The notes under the pieces were generated by a model. That model did no database searches, had not been told where the DNA came from, and worked only from the letters and a program-made list of their open reading frames with translations. A stretch of DNA of 64,000 bases from Octopus sinensis (lineage: Eukaryota): positions 77,314,001 to 77,378,000 of the forward strand of contig NC_043002.1 of NCBI RefSeq assembly GCF_006345805.1, in the 5' to 3' direction. This document shows, piece by piece, positions 38,998-51,415 of the stretch. Position 1 is the first letter of the stretch; each line of letters begins with the position of its first letter. A program made the translations under genes and the position numbers.

Positions 38998-39197
38998 GGC
39001 GCGCCGGGCGGAATGCTTAGCGGTATTTCATCTGTCGTTACGTTCTGAGTTCAAATTCCGCCAAGGTCGACTTTGCCTTTCATCCTTTTGGGGTCGATAA
39101 ATAAAAGTATCAGTTTCGCACTGGGGTCGATGTAATCGACTTAATCCCTTTGTTTGTCCTCTCTATGTATAGCCCCTTGTGGGCAATAAAGAAATAT
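38998..39197 (+). mobile_element. SINE family B, young, head-deleted, 14-bp TSD, nested in an older minus-strand relic
   Basis: TSD ACATACTACATGGC at 38984-38997 and 39198-39211. CpG-rich. Confidence 0.88.
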
Positions 39198-40029
39198 ACA
39201 TACTACATGGCAGTTTTGTCTGCTCCTAGCTAGTATTCTGTAAACCTACTCTAGCCTACCTTATACTCACTACACAGAAGTGGTGAAAGGATTAGTGGGG
39301 TCACAATATGAATTGTATTTTTTTTCACTTCAATGTAGTTAATTCCAAGAGAAAGAAAGGAAAATGGCCACAGTTTTGACTGACAAACCAACACCAGTTG
39401 TCAAGCAGTAAAAGAACAACATGCATGTGCACACACACACACATATCTATATAAACAGGATCGCACACCAACCAAATTCACTCACAAGACATTGTTCAGC
39501 CAGACATCTGGCCAAGGTGCTACACAAAGGAACTGAATCCAAAACAACATAGTTGAAAAGCAATCTTAACTACACAGTCATATCTAAGCTGACTCTTTGA
39601 ATATTTAATATTTACAAATATTTATGTAAAGTTTGTTGTCAGATGTTTAGGGATAATTTCATACAGAATAAAGCCACAAATTTTTTGCTGAGGGGTGTAG
39701 TCAAATGAGTCAACCCTCAGAATGATAAAAGGCAAAGTTAGCCCTACTTGGCTAATTTAAAATTATTTTGTCTTACAACAATAACCCCCCCCCCGCCCTT
39801 AAGACATCCACAATAAATTTCTGAATCCTGTTTTTCTTTCATTGTAATGGCAGCTAGGATGTACTACATGATTCAAAGTGTGTAATTTTGACTATGGCAC
39901 TTGCTAGGTTTTCAATCTATTTGAAGTTAAATCACTTTGTTTCATAGTTGAGTGGCTGACATTAGAGAAAACAACTTTTGTTAGAATCCATTCAACTGTT
40001 GAAATTTATAGAACCATCCAATACTTGCT

Positions 40030-40368
40030 AGCATATAATAATAGTTAAAAATCGGTTGTGACGATGAGGGTCCCAGCTGATATGATCAACAGAACAGCTT
40101 GCTTGTGAAATTAACGTGTAAGTGGCTGAGCACTCCACAAACACATGTACCCTTAACGTAGTTCTCAGGGAGAGTCAGCGTGACACAGAGTGTGACAAGG
40201 CTGGCCCTTTGAAATACAGGTACTACTCATTTTTGCCAGCTGAGTGGACTGGAGCAACGTGAAATAAAGTGTCTTGTTCAAGGACACAACGCGCTGCCAG
40301 GAATTGAACTCACTACCTTACGATCATGAGCCGAATGCCCTAACCACTAAGCCACATGCCTTCACATA
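40030..40368 (-). mobile_element. SINE family D
   Basis: Reverse strand: GTGAAGGCATGTGGCTTAGTGGTTAGGG...GAGTTCAATTCC head and the GTTGTGTCCTTGAACAAGACACTTTATTTC body shared with 12966-13302. The 3' tail differs. Confidence 0.82.
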
Positions 40369-41549
40369 TATTACTTAGTTAAATTTCAACCGTATGAAAA
40401 CCTGATAGTTGTTAACTAAAATTAAAATAGTTTCAGTATTTCATCAACCTGACACCAAGCATTAGAACAAACAAAATGAAACCTCAATTAAGTACTGAAT
40501 TTGCTTCATCTAATTTTTCAGCAATTAGGTCGGAGGTCATTATTGAGTTGTTCTTAACTGTTCTGCAGCTGTCACCAATGACAAGTACAGAAGAGCGACT
40601 GTAGCACTCTGAGTGTGTGAGTCTACTCTGCCCACTTCCATTATGGCCACCACCAGGCTCTATATGCAGGATGCCTCTAAATAGTTGCTCAATCTCCTAG
40701 AAGTAGTAGCTAAATTTCCCTTAATCATGCCACCTACATCGCTAAGAATGGAAAATTGAACAATGTAACCGTAGTATACTGTACCTATGACAAAAAGAAA
40801 TTAAAAATACAAGATTACTATGGTTGGAATACTTCTGATCGCACAATTAGGTCCAAGTTGTGGGGCTAAACAACGAGAACAGAAATGTAGAAATAGACTG
40901 AACAATGGAGAGAGCATGACATGTGCAGGCTGTCACACTGCACCCATAAGTGCAGGAATGAAATTTGCTTGGGGGGGGGGGGTGAACCCAGTTTTTCAGG
41001 AAGATGTTCAAAGCGTTTTCATTGCCCCCTCCAAAACTTTTAGAGGATGTGCTTGCACCCCCTGTTCCCAAGCCTATAACTGCAGGGTTCATTATGACCT
41101 TCAGTTAGACAGATGCAAAATGTATCTTGAACAACAGATCTGTAGTTCACACCTAGATGTTTGGACAGTTATGCACTATCTGTCTGGTTGATTAGAGCTG
41201 ATTAGTGACTACACAGCAATAATGAAAACAGATCTAATTTAAAAAGGTGACCTATTTTTCCTCAATACACAAAATACAGCAGCAAGCCACTAAGAATGTC
41301 AGAGGCTGTATGTTCCACATTTCTAATATTCAAATTGATATAGACAATCTTTACAACTATAAATATGCTTCATGTTGTCACAAAAGTAAGCCAATTACTT
41401 AATTAACTCTAAAAATGGATTGAATTATTAAATAAGATTGTTCACAATTATAAATTGATAGTTTCTGAAATAAACAAAATAAATTAGCTATTAAAACAGC
41501 TTTCAAGATAAATGTCTGTCAGTGGATATGTTCTCCCCAAAATATTTTT

Positions 41550-41875
41550 GGCATAGTTGTGTGGTTAAGAGGCTCGCTTTATAACTATTATGGTTTTGGG
41601 TTCAGTCCTACTGTTCATCACCTTGGACAAGTATCCTCTACTATAGCCCTGGACCAACTAATACTTTGCAAGTGAATTTGGTAAATGGAGACTGGAAGCC
41701 TGTTATTTGTGTATATGTCATTGTGTTCTTGTTCCCACCCTGCTTGACAACCACTGTTAGTTTGTTTACATTCTTTTAACTTAGCAGTCTGGCAAAAGTG
41801 ACTGATAGAATAAGTGCCAGATTTTAAAAAAAGCATCACTACAGTCCAATGACTAAAACAAGTAAAAGATAAAAA
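41550..41875 (+). mobile_element. SINE family A (older)
   Basis: Degenerate family consensus. Confidence 0.75.
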
Positions 41876-42571
41876 TAAATTGAAATTTTAATCTTTGATC
41901 TACATTGTTATATGACATGAATTTTGTTGTTTACTCTAGGACAGCCTTGATTTAACAGACCTCTGATCAAAAGCATTCCAACCATATCCTTGTATTTAAG
42001 ACTACATTGTCCAATGTTTCCTTCCTGCTTTTTTAAGATTGTAAAAAAGCAAGTTGTAGAAAATTTAGCTGCTATTTCTGGTGGTCAAACAACTACATAG
42101 GGGCTTATTTTGATTTGTGACCTCTATAGTATACTAAACACAATTTCAGTAATCTTTTTTACTTGAGCAAATAATAATTCCCAAAAGCATTTAATGTTTT
42201 TAAAATCACATGCAAACAAGAAATTTAAAAAAAAGACCAACTGAAATGTAAATAAAATCTGTTTAACAAATATAGCTTGATAAATGTAGAAACATAAACA
42301 TATTTCATTCCTGGTCTCAACTATCTGACATTTCATAAATGTTAGCTAGTTTAGACTTGAAGTGTTTGATTGTTGAGGACTGGAAGAGATAGTAGATTAC
42401 ATCCTACACAAGATCGATTCATTGTAAACAAACACAAAATTCAAACCCTCTGCTAATAACATTTTTTTTTAAATCTGGTACACACGACATAAATGAAAGA
42501 TCTATTAATAATGAATTCTTTATACTGGATGGCATCCATATTTTTAGTATAAATATATTTCAGATTATTAA

Positions 42572-42758
42572 CCCTTTAGCATTTAAACTGGCCATATCCA
42601 GCCCAAATAGTCTGCCTGTTTTATGTTGAAGTTGGCCAGATCCAACCTCTCACACTTATCCTAAAATGACATTCTGAAAATACACAATCACGTCATCAAA
42701 ATCTTGATGTTACAAGATAATGCATTACATTTAACTGTGTAATCTAAATGTTAAAGAC
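42572..42758. mobile_element. piggyBac-type MITE, family 2
   Basis: TTAA-CCCTTTAGCATTTAAACTGGCCATATCC left end; degenerate right end with TTAA. Confidence 0.75.
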
Positions 42759-43104
42759 TTAATCTCATTTTAAGATTAATACTAACAAAGTAGACTTTAC
42801 TTCTCAATATTCTAGGATCAATTAGATACAATAAACCAGTCAAGTACTGGCATGTATATAATTAAGTATGCCCTATCCATCTTCCAAAATTGAAACCTTG
42901 TGCATATGTCATAATTCAGTATTTTGCTGTGTTATCAGTTTGACATCTGATCATCTTCTGGTATTTTATTCATGAACGTGTGCATAGTAGCAAAATGGAT
43001 TCAAACTAGGAACTTGTCATACAGTATAACAGGTATAAAATTTATGGACCAAAGTATGGAAATGACAAAAAGAGATGTCCTGAGGAGGAAATTTACCTTA
43101 GATA

Positions 43105-43680
43105 AGATGTGATTTGCATTTGTGATGGAATGGGTCCCCACTAATGCACTCTTTATCATGAGAACTAAACGAGAAGTTTTTGATTAAAGGAAAACTATAA
43201 AACAGTCAAAATTGGGTGCAGAAGTTCCACGATCTGTATACAGTGATCACTAAGAAAATTGGATACAGAACAATGCCTTGTGATAACCATGCAAACCATG
43301 GTAAGAGTTACCAATGAATTCGGTAAGGAATTTCATATACTGGTTGGTTTGCATCAAAGATCAATTCTTGGCTGCCTCCTTCTTCAGGCAATAACAGCAG
43401 GTTTCAAGATTTGCAGACAATGGGAACTCTGTAGTTCTCATAACTGAATCAAAGAACTTGAGAAAAATATGAGGATAGACCCTAGAATCAATAGGCCTAA
43501 AAGAAATTCTAGCAAAGACAAAAATCTTAGCAAGAAATGATATATAACTTTACTGCCATCCTGGAAGTGGCCTACCTTGACATGCAGAAAAGGTGTAGAA
43601 TTCTAAACTGTGTGTGCTTAATGGAAATGATGGGTACACAAGAAATGTAATGGTATCACAGGTACCCTGATGTATGTTAC
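43105..43680 (+). pseudogene. RTE-clade LINE reverse-transcriptase relic
   Basis: Reads MVRVTNEFGKEFHILVGLHQRSILG (RT GVHQGS motif), ICRQWEL and LESIGLK, then KWPTLTCRKGV...WVHKKCNGI (Cys/His insert). Multiple stops and frameshifts. Confidence 0.75.
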
Positions 43681-44066
43681 ATATGCAAAGGAATAATAGC
43701 CGTAAAACTTTCTGTGAAATAAATTATTTCATATATCCAGAACGCACCCTAGAAGTCACCGATTATTTTTATTACCTAAGTGTCCTAATTAATTTGGATG
43801 TCAGTCAACAAAAGGCTGGTGACTCATAGCTCATTACCAATGTCACACTGTATCCATTACCATGACTGTTACTAGCTCAGTCTGCCTAGCTACAAACAGT
43901 CTTCAGTTAACTGCTGAAAGCAGTGAGAGAAGTAATCAATTTCACAAGTTTGTTGATTCTCTTATGACTATCTAGACAAGAAAGGGTTCTCAAGCAGGTT
44001 TCATCAAATTAATAATTTCTTATACACTACATGAAGATAAAGTTGTCAGATTTTTAAAATCATATA

Positions 44067-44286
44067 TGAGGGGATGCTGAAAAGTTCCTGGATTTTAAGG
44101 GTATCATGAAAGTCTGGTTGGAGGCCCAACCTTCCAAGTTTTTTCATAGGGTTTAAAAAAAAACTAAAGGACCACTGCAATAAGTGTGTGAATACTGATT
44201 GGGGAATATGTTGAATAAGATCATAATTAACTGATCCTCCTGTATTTTCTTTTACCCAAAGCCAGGAATTTTTCAGCACCTCTTCA
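44067..44286 (+). mobile_element. Mariner-derived MITE (~220 bp)
   Basis: TIR TGAGGGATGCTGAAAAGTTCCTGG / CCAGGAATTTTTCAGCACCTCTTCA with TA flanks. The interior reads like a mariner C-terminus (VWLEAQPSKFF...GEYVE*). Confidence 0.75.
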
Positions 44287-44449
44287 TATACATTCATTAG
44301 AGATGAATGCAGTGTTTTCAGAAGAAAACTTTAAAAAACTATCTCTCTCTATTTTGTAGTTATGTACTCTATGATAAAGGGAATAGATGGGAGAGAAATG
44401 TCACCATGAATTCCATTCTAAGACATCTTTGTTTTAATTGTATTTCTAG

Positions 44450-44516
44450 TCTCGAAGAAGCTCCAGTTCCAGCCAGAAATCAGCCAGTGTAAACAGTACA
44501 CCATCTCACACACCAG
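44450..44516 (+). CDS. DLGAP: DLGAP-like gene: probable Ser-rich exon (67 nt, phase 0 to 1)
   Basis: tttaattgtatttctag acceptor and AG/GTAGAC donor. Reads SRRSSSSSQKSASVNSTPSHTP; phases link 31768 to 55509. Confidence 0.65.
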
Positions 44517-44637
44517 GTAGACTTCACTTTTATTAAAATTTGTTTTCTTTAATCAATTTTTCAACTTTTATGATATAAAACAAAGAATCTTATGGCTTCT
44601 AAGCCTTGAATATTACAACACACAACTGTACAATTAA

Positions 44638-44856
44638 CCCTTTAGCATTTAATCTGGCCATATCTGACCCAAATATTCTACTTGTTTTATGCTCAAACTG
44701 GTTGGATTGGGCCTCTCACACCAACCCTACAATATCATTCTAAAAAATAAAGTTACTTCATCAAAATCTCAAAGCTAAAAGATAATGCTTGGTTAATTCA
44801 AAACAATGTGAATGAATAAGCATTACTTTTAAACGAATAACATGAATGCTAAAGGG
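44638..44856. mobile_element. piggyBac-type MITE, family 2 (best-preserved copy)
   Basis: Perfect TIR CCCTTTAGCATT / AATGCTAAAGGG with TTAA at 44634-44637 and 44857-44860. Confidence 0.88.
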
Positions 44857-46683
44857 TTAAGGTTTAAAAAAAAATCTTTTTAAGAAATTTTTTTATAAAT
44901 TTAAAAAAAGAATTTTTTTTCAATTAAAAAAGAATTTTTTTTAATTAAAAAAAAATTTTTTTAAGAAATTAAGGATTCTTTAAAAAATTTTTTTTCAAAG
45001 AATCCTAAATTTCTTTTTTTTTCCAGGAGATTTAAAGAAATACATTTACTGTGCCTCCTGATATTTATTTTTTATGTCCATTTAGGATGTCATCATCATC
45101 ATCGTTTAACGTCCGTTCTCCTCAGAAGCACATGATGTAGTTATTGAATGAAAAAATAAAAATCATCTTAAGCTACAACTAGAAGCAATTTAATGAAGAA
45201 TGTAAACACTCATATCCATAAATAATAAATACTGAATGTGTATTGTGCTTTAGAACACGTGAGGTGAATAGTTTAACTCCATTTTTTAGCATTATGTAGG
45301 TAATAAACATTATTGATGTGTATTGGATTATGTCCAGGTGGCAGTGCATTTCTGACCACTGAAAAGAATGTAAAATGTTAGTCAGTCTAGAGTTGGTTGT
45401 TGTTATTATATTGAAAGTGATTTAAAACACCTGTTACTATTAGAACACAACTGGTGTTATTGGTTATCTAATATCACAACCAATAATACTTTGTGATGTT
45501 ATAGATTACTTGTAAAAAAACTACTTAATTAGCATCTAGGAGTAATAGGTGTGGCTATGTGGTAATGAAATTATTTTTGTAACCATATGGTCCCTGGTTC
45601 CAGCCTAATGTGGGTATCTTCTAGAAGTATTTTCTACTATAACCTTGGGCTGACCAATATCTTGTGAATGAAAATAGTAAATGAAATATTTGTGTGTGTA
45701 TGTTACGTGTGCATGTGAGTGAGTGAGAGAATGTTTATTTCTGTGTGTCTTTGCATTGACACTGTGTGGGTGATTGTAATATCAGGTTTCTATCTCCTAT
45801 TAACAGTACGTCCTGTAGTTTGGTAGTTTCAACATATGCAAACCAGGGGAACAGGAATACTTTGAGAAACAGTTAAGGATTGGCAACAGGAAGGGCCAGC
45901 CCATGCCAACATGGGAAAAGGCAGGCATGAAAATGAAAGATTATGATGATGTAAGATATTGTAGTAAACAACAACAATAATAATAATATAATATAATAAT
46001 AGTAATAATAATAATAATAAGTGACAAACTATAGTACACAACTAGCAAATGATTTCTATTTGTGATTATCTTGTCATTTGGACTATGATTCTCAGCAAGT
46101 ACAATCTATCAAATAGCAGTATCACTAACAACAGAAACATTACCCATGTCAATAACAGAATTAACAATGTTAGTTGCTCAAACTATTACTTATATGGTAA
46201 CAAAATACTTTCCTGAACAAACATATCAACTTTTATACCAGGACATGTTTTATGTTTGAACCTAAGTACTGTGTGTCAGACACAAAACCATTTGTTCAAT
46301 GCAAACACTGAAGCTCTTCTGAACATACATTTGACAGGACTCTACTTGAATAACACAGCTGAACCAACCAGATTTATTCACTAAATAGCGTGATTTTTTT
46401 TTTTTTTTTGACTGAGTCATTCTCAAAACAATAATAATAAATCCATGACATTCCTATTAAGATGAGAGGGTAAACTAAAACTTTAAAAAAGTCATCAAAG
46501 TAGAATATATTTTCACTACAACATCACATTATTAGATACAGTTTTAAATTATGTTTATGTACTATTACTCCTATCTTAAATGTTTAATATAAAAAAAAGA
46601 CAAGCAAATTTAGTTATTACAGAAGATGAAAAATCAACAGAAAATTAATAAATTCAAGATATTGTATATATATTTATAAGATA

Positions 46684-47622
46684 TTGGGTCATAGGTATGA
46701 GCATGGCTGTATGGTAAGAAGCTTGCTTCCCAACCACATGGTTCTGGGTTCAGTCCCACTGTGTGACACCTTGGGCAAGTGTCTTCTGCCGACCAAAGCC
46801 TTGTGAGTGGATCTGATAGACAGAAACTGAAAGAAGCCCGTCGTTTATGTGTGTGCATGCATGTATGTGGTGTGTGTGTGATTGTCTACGTCTCGGTAAC
46901 TTAATGGTTTGGCAAAACAGATTGACAGAATAAGAACTAGGTTTACAAAGAACGTCCTGGGGGTCAATTTGTTCAACTAAAGGTAGTGTTCCAGCATGGT
47001 CATAGTTAAATGACTGAAACAAGTAAAAGAATAAAAGAAACCCATAAATAATGTGGTTTTTTTCAATTTCATGAACTAAAAGTCGGAGGGGGACGGGATA
47101 AACTACATGCATTGACTTGCTATAAAAGCAGGTGGTAATTTTACTTTGTCCTTATTCTTAGTGCAAGTTTTGAAGAGTGCAGTTTGATTTTAAGTTACTT
47201 TTTCAAAGCTATAATGGAAGTGACAAAAGAGCATGTTTGGCACATTTTGCTTTATGATTTCAATATAGGCAACAACGCAACAGAAAGTGCAAGAAATATT
47301 AATGCAGTATATGGGGATCAGACAATAAGCATATGCCAGTGTCAGTAGTGGTTCCAGAAATTCCAAGTCAGAAACTACAGCCTAGAAGACTAGCCTTGTC
47401 CTGGAAGACCTGTAGAGCTCAACAAGGATGTCCTGCAAACTCTGGAACAAAATCCCATTGTAACTGTTGAGGAACTACCAGAGAAGCTTGGATTTGGTCA
47501 TTCAACCACTCATTGACACCGGTGTGTCATCAGAAAAGTCAGCAAATTGGGTCAATGAGTTTATCTTAATTTTGAAAAATAAAATAAGTATAAAAAACCG
47601 CATTATTTATGAGATGATTCAA
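46684..47622 (+). mobile_element. Mariner deletion derivative retaining the N-terminal HTH region; left TIR split by a SINE
   Basis: From ATG 47214: MEVTKEHVWHILLYDFNIGNNATESARNINAVYG...WFQKF...LED*PCPGRP. Right TIR AAAAAACCGCATTATTTATGAGATGATTCAA plus TA. Left TIR is TTGGGTCAT (46684-46692) plus CCCATAAATAATGTGGTTTTT (from 47041). Confidence 0.88.
46693..47040 (+). mobile_element. SINE family A inserted into the mariner left TIR
   Basis: Near full-length family A lying between the two halves of the TIR. Confidence 0.87.
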
Positions 47623-49069
47623 TATTAATGCTGAATATATAGAATTTTTAGAATAAAAGATAAACAAACTACATTAAGGCCTCTCTACTACATTAAGTTA
47701 TCACTACATGAGATAGTAATCATACATACAGTGTAATACTTATATATCTCAATATGAACAAATTATTTTTCTGAATAGAGTTTAAAATTTACAGTTTGGC
47801 TAATTTAAATATAATCTAATATACAAATTTCTGTTTATTACCATCTCTATTTCTTTCCTACTTCTGTATTCCTCTATTTTTAAGATTTTGCCTATGCTCA
47901 AGATATGAAAAGTTGTTAGAATTAAACAATTTATCAACATGGACACTGGGTTCTCTTATAAGAATACCACTTTTTTTCATTTAATATACATATATCATGT
48001 ACCTAGGTATGAGCTGATTGTGCTAAGGTTAATTTTGCCTTTCATCCTTTCAGGGTCAATTTATAAAGAACCAGCTCTGTACTGGGGTTGATTCTGTGTC
48101 TAATTGGAAAGGGGCTCCACCAAGCATACACAAGATTCTCCATATGTCATTATCCCTACAACTCCATCAAAGTGTTAATAGTACAAGGCAAAGCACTTGT
48201 ACAAAATAGTAGTTCCCTTTTCCAATACTCAAAATTACTATAGAACTCCAATTTTGAAATTACTCAGATTGCTAAAATAATTTGAAAGGTTTCCAAATGT
48301 TAAATATTTTTTAAAGCTAAATCAACAAAAATCAACTGTTGCTATGTAGAAACTTTGCTTTGTACTAAAAGTAATAAACATAAAATTGTATTTATTAATT
48401 ATGTTCCAGGCCAAAGAATTTAGAATTAATGCCAGAGAACTGAAAGAGCTGTTTTATGATTGATAAAATAGGTATTAATACCAACCATCTTCTACAGAAC
48501 CAACTTTTTTTTATTATTATGACTAATGTGTAGATATTTTAATAAATAAAAATCAACAAAACGACTTATGCTAAATATTTTGATAAAATCATTTTACATT
48601 AGTTTTAATTAACATTACCCCTAGTCATCTCAACTATTTGTTACAAAAATTTAGTTTTGTAGAAAAGGGGATTTGGTAGAATGCAGGCACTTATTTCAAG
48701 TATTAATTTATTCTAAAATATTAGCATACAATTAGACAATACATGTTAATTATCTAACATTTTGAGCCATCAAACATTGACATAGAGTAAGAACAACTTT
48801 TTCTTTTTATGATATCTGTTGTTCCTAAATATATTTATATTTTACCTTTATACATGCAACTCTGCTTTAAATTATCAAATTAATGATTGATGACTTAACA
48901 ACTGGTTTTGAAATAGAATAATCACTCTAAGTTCTAAAGAAACCCTTAATTTATGAGGTTAATTCATTACTAACCAGATACAGATTCTCCAAAAGCAGCT
49001 TTGCAATGTCTAATAACAGTCATTGTTTTCAGAAATTACTGACATGTAAGAATTAAATATGTCATTTAG

Positions 49070-49285
49070 CCTTTTAGCATTTAAATTGGCCATATCTAGC
49101 CCAAGCATTCTACTAGTTTTATGTTCAAGTCAGCCAAATATAGAATGACCTACCCTACAAGGTTATTCTAAAAATAAACAATCACATCATCAAAATCTCC
49201 TTGCTGCAAGATAATGTATAATTCATCCAAAACAATGTGGATGAATAAGCATCACATTTGACTGAGTCAGCTGAATGTGAAAGGG
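49070..49285. mobile_element. piggyBac-type MITE, family 2
   Basis: CCTTTTAGCATTTAAATTGGCCATATC ... GAAAGGG-TTAA. Confidence 0.78.
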
Positions 49286-50104
49286 TTAAACAGAACTGTA
49301 TATCATTGGCATTACTGCTGACATATACTAACTAATCTGAGGTATCTGAACATCTGACAACGAGGAATTTCTTTATTCAACAATTTACTTTAAGCAATAT
49401 CATCCTGACCTCTAAAATAGGCATTTACTAAATTTGTTTAGCTAAAGGGTGTGGTTGATGTTTATTTTGATAAAGAAGGAACGTTCTAGGCATTTTTTTT
49501 TGTCTTTGCACTGAAACGCAATAGCTGAAAATCCATAATAACAAAGAATATTTTTAAAATGAATTCTTCAGAAAGCTAAATTACTCTGTAAATAATCACC
49601 AGAAATTCCCCAGGAAAATACCTACTTTGCAACATATGCACCACAAGAATGAAATCTGAAGAAATGGGACACGTGAAGAACTTTATATAGAAAGTTTCTA
49701 CACTATTATTACAGCATACAACGCTACCATGAAGTCATAGTCTTGTATGTTAAAATCAAGGTTAGTTAATAACAGATGGAATGATAAAGCATGAAATAAC
49801 ATTTTCATAATTAAAATAGATGAAACATTCTAACCTCATGCATTGTTAATGAGCACCATCAGGAAGTAAAATGCAATACAAGTTAGCTTCACTGATGTTT
49901 GTTGCTCTTACAAAGTATAGTTTAGTCTTGTTTCGCGAGTTGAAAAAATAGGTGAATACACTCATCAACGTTTTCCAACCCTTTTGTTGAGTTGGATGGT
50001 CATAGAACATCATTCCTATCTTTAATTTTCGAAATTTTTTCCTCAACCCCCCCCCCCCAGTTTATAATGACTCCCCATATTCTCACACTGACAGTGTGCC
50101 ATAT

Positions 50105-50310
50105 TCATCATCATTTAACATCCATTGTCCATGCTGGCATGGGTTGAATAGTTTGACCAAGGCTGGCAAGCTGGAAGGCTACACCAGTCTAATTTGGCAT
50201 GGATGCCTTTCCTAATACCAACCACTCCGAGAATGTAATGGGTACATTTACATGCTATTGGCACGGATGCCATTTGTGTGACACCAGTATCTGCCATGAC
50301 TGCGATTTAC
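50105..50310 (-). mobile_element. RTE 3' UTR fragment
   Basis: (TCA)n tail, CCATGCTGGCATGG, GGATGCCTTTCCTAATACCAACC. Confidence 0.75.
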
Positions 50311-51034
50311 CAGAATATTGAAAATCACATGTAGGCAACCTTATTTGAATCCAGTGCCATCATGTTTTAATGAGCATCATCTAGAGTTATCTCCCCTGTC
50401 ACATCGTTAACAACTAGGTGGCGCTTGTTAGAGATAAAAAGATGCGCACAGCCAAGTAACATTCTCTTCTCCTCTCCCACACGGCCTGCAGCTAACTACA
50501 TTATCTCCATCTCAGTTCCTGCTATGGGACAACCCCACGTTGATTTGAATTCAGGCCTAATGCAGCAGGCCTATGGTCAAAGCCATTCCAGCAAGAACCA
50601 TCCTGCCTTTTTTTTATAGATGTATTTAGTATATTATCCCGAAGATAATACGGTCTAATTTGAGAAAGAATGAGCTACTGTTTCTAACAAGTTGATGATC
50701 ATGTGGTGACTCTCTCATTGATAGTGTCTCTCACTTGTGAATTGTCAATCTAGTTGGAAATTGATAGTTTGATTGCTTGTAATGCTGATATAAAATTCTC
50801 TCACAAAACAATAAAAATATATACTTGTAGAATTCCATGTAAACTCTATTATTGTCCATTTGAGTGACTGAGTTAATTCATTAGCTGTTTTAACATCACT
50901 ACTTCTTTCGGTGCCTTTTAGCAAACTCCATTTTCTTACAAATATTTGGGTCAACTCTCTGGCCTGAATATGACTTCATTACTCTCTTCAGGGTCAGAAA
51001 CCTTGACAAAGATCATGAGTGCTGCCCTTCCTCC

Positions 51035-51415
51035 TTTGTTTTTTACTTGTTTTAGTCACTGGACCCTGCTGGGTCACTATCTTTAAAGGATTTAGTCAAA
51101 CGGGTCAACTCCAGTGCTTATTTTTAAACCTGGTACTTATTCTCAGTTTCTTTTGCTGAACTGCTAATTTATGGGGATGTAAACAAACTAACATTAGTTG
51201 TCAAGCAGTGGTGAACAGACAGACACAAACATAGATATACACATATGACAGGCTTCTTTCAGTTTCCACCCACCAAATCCACTCACAAGGCATTGGTTGT
51301 TAATAAATAGCTGGGTCTATTTATAGAAGTCACTTGCCCAAGGTACTGTACAGCAGGACTGAACCCAAGACTGCTTGATTGGGAAGCAAGCTTCTCAACC
51401 ACACAATCATGCCTG
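51035..51415 (-). mobile_element. SINE family A
   Basis: Degenerate full-length reverse copy. Confidence 0.8.

Noticed and set aside
40820-41191. 123-aa ORF with Cys clusters
   Set aside because: Runs through a G-homopolymer and probable TE debris; no homology recognised and no splice sites compatible with the gene.
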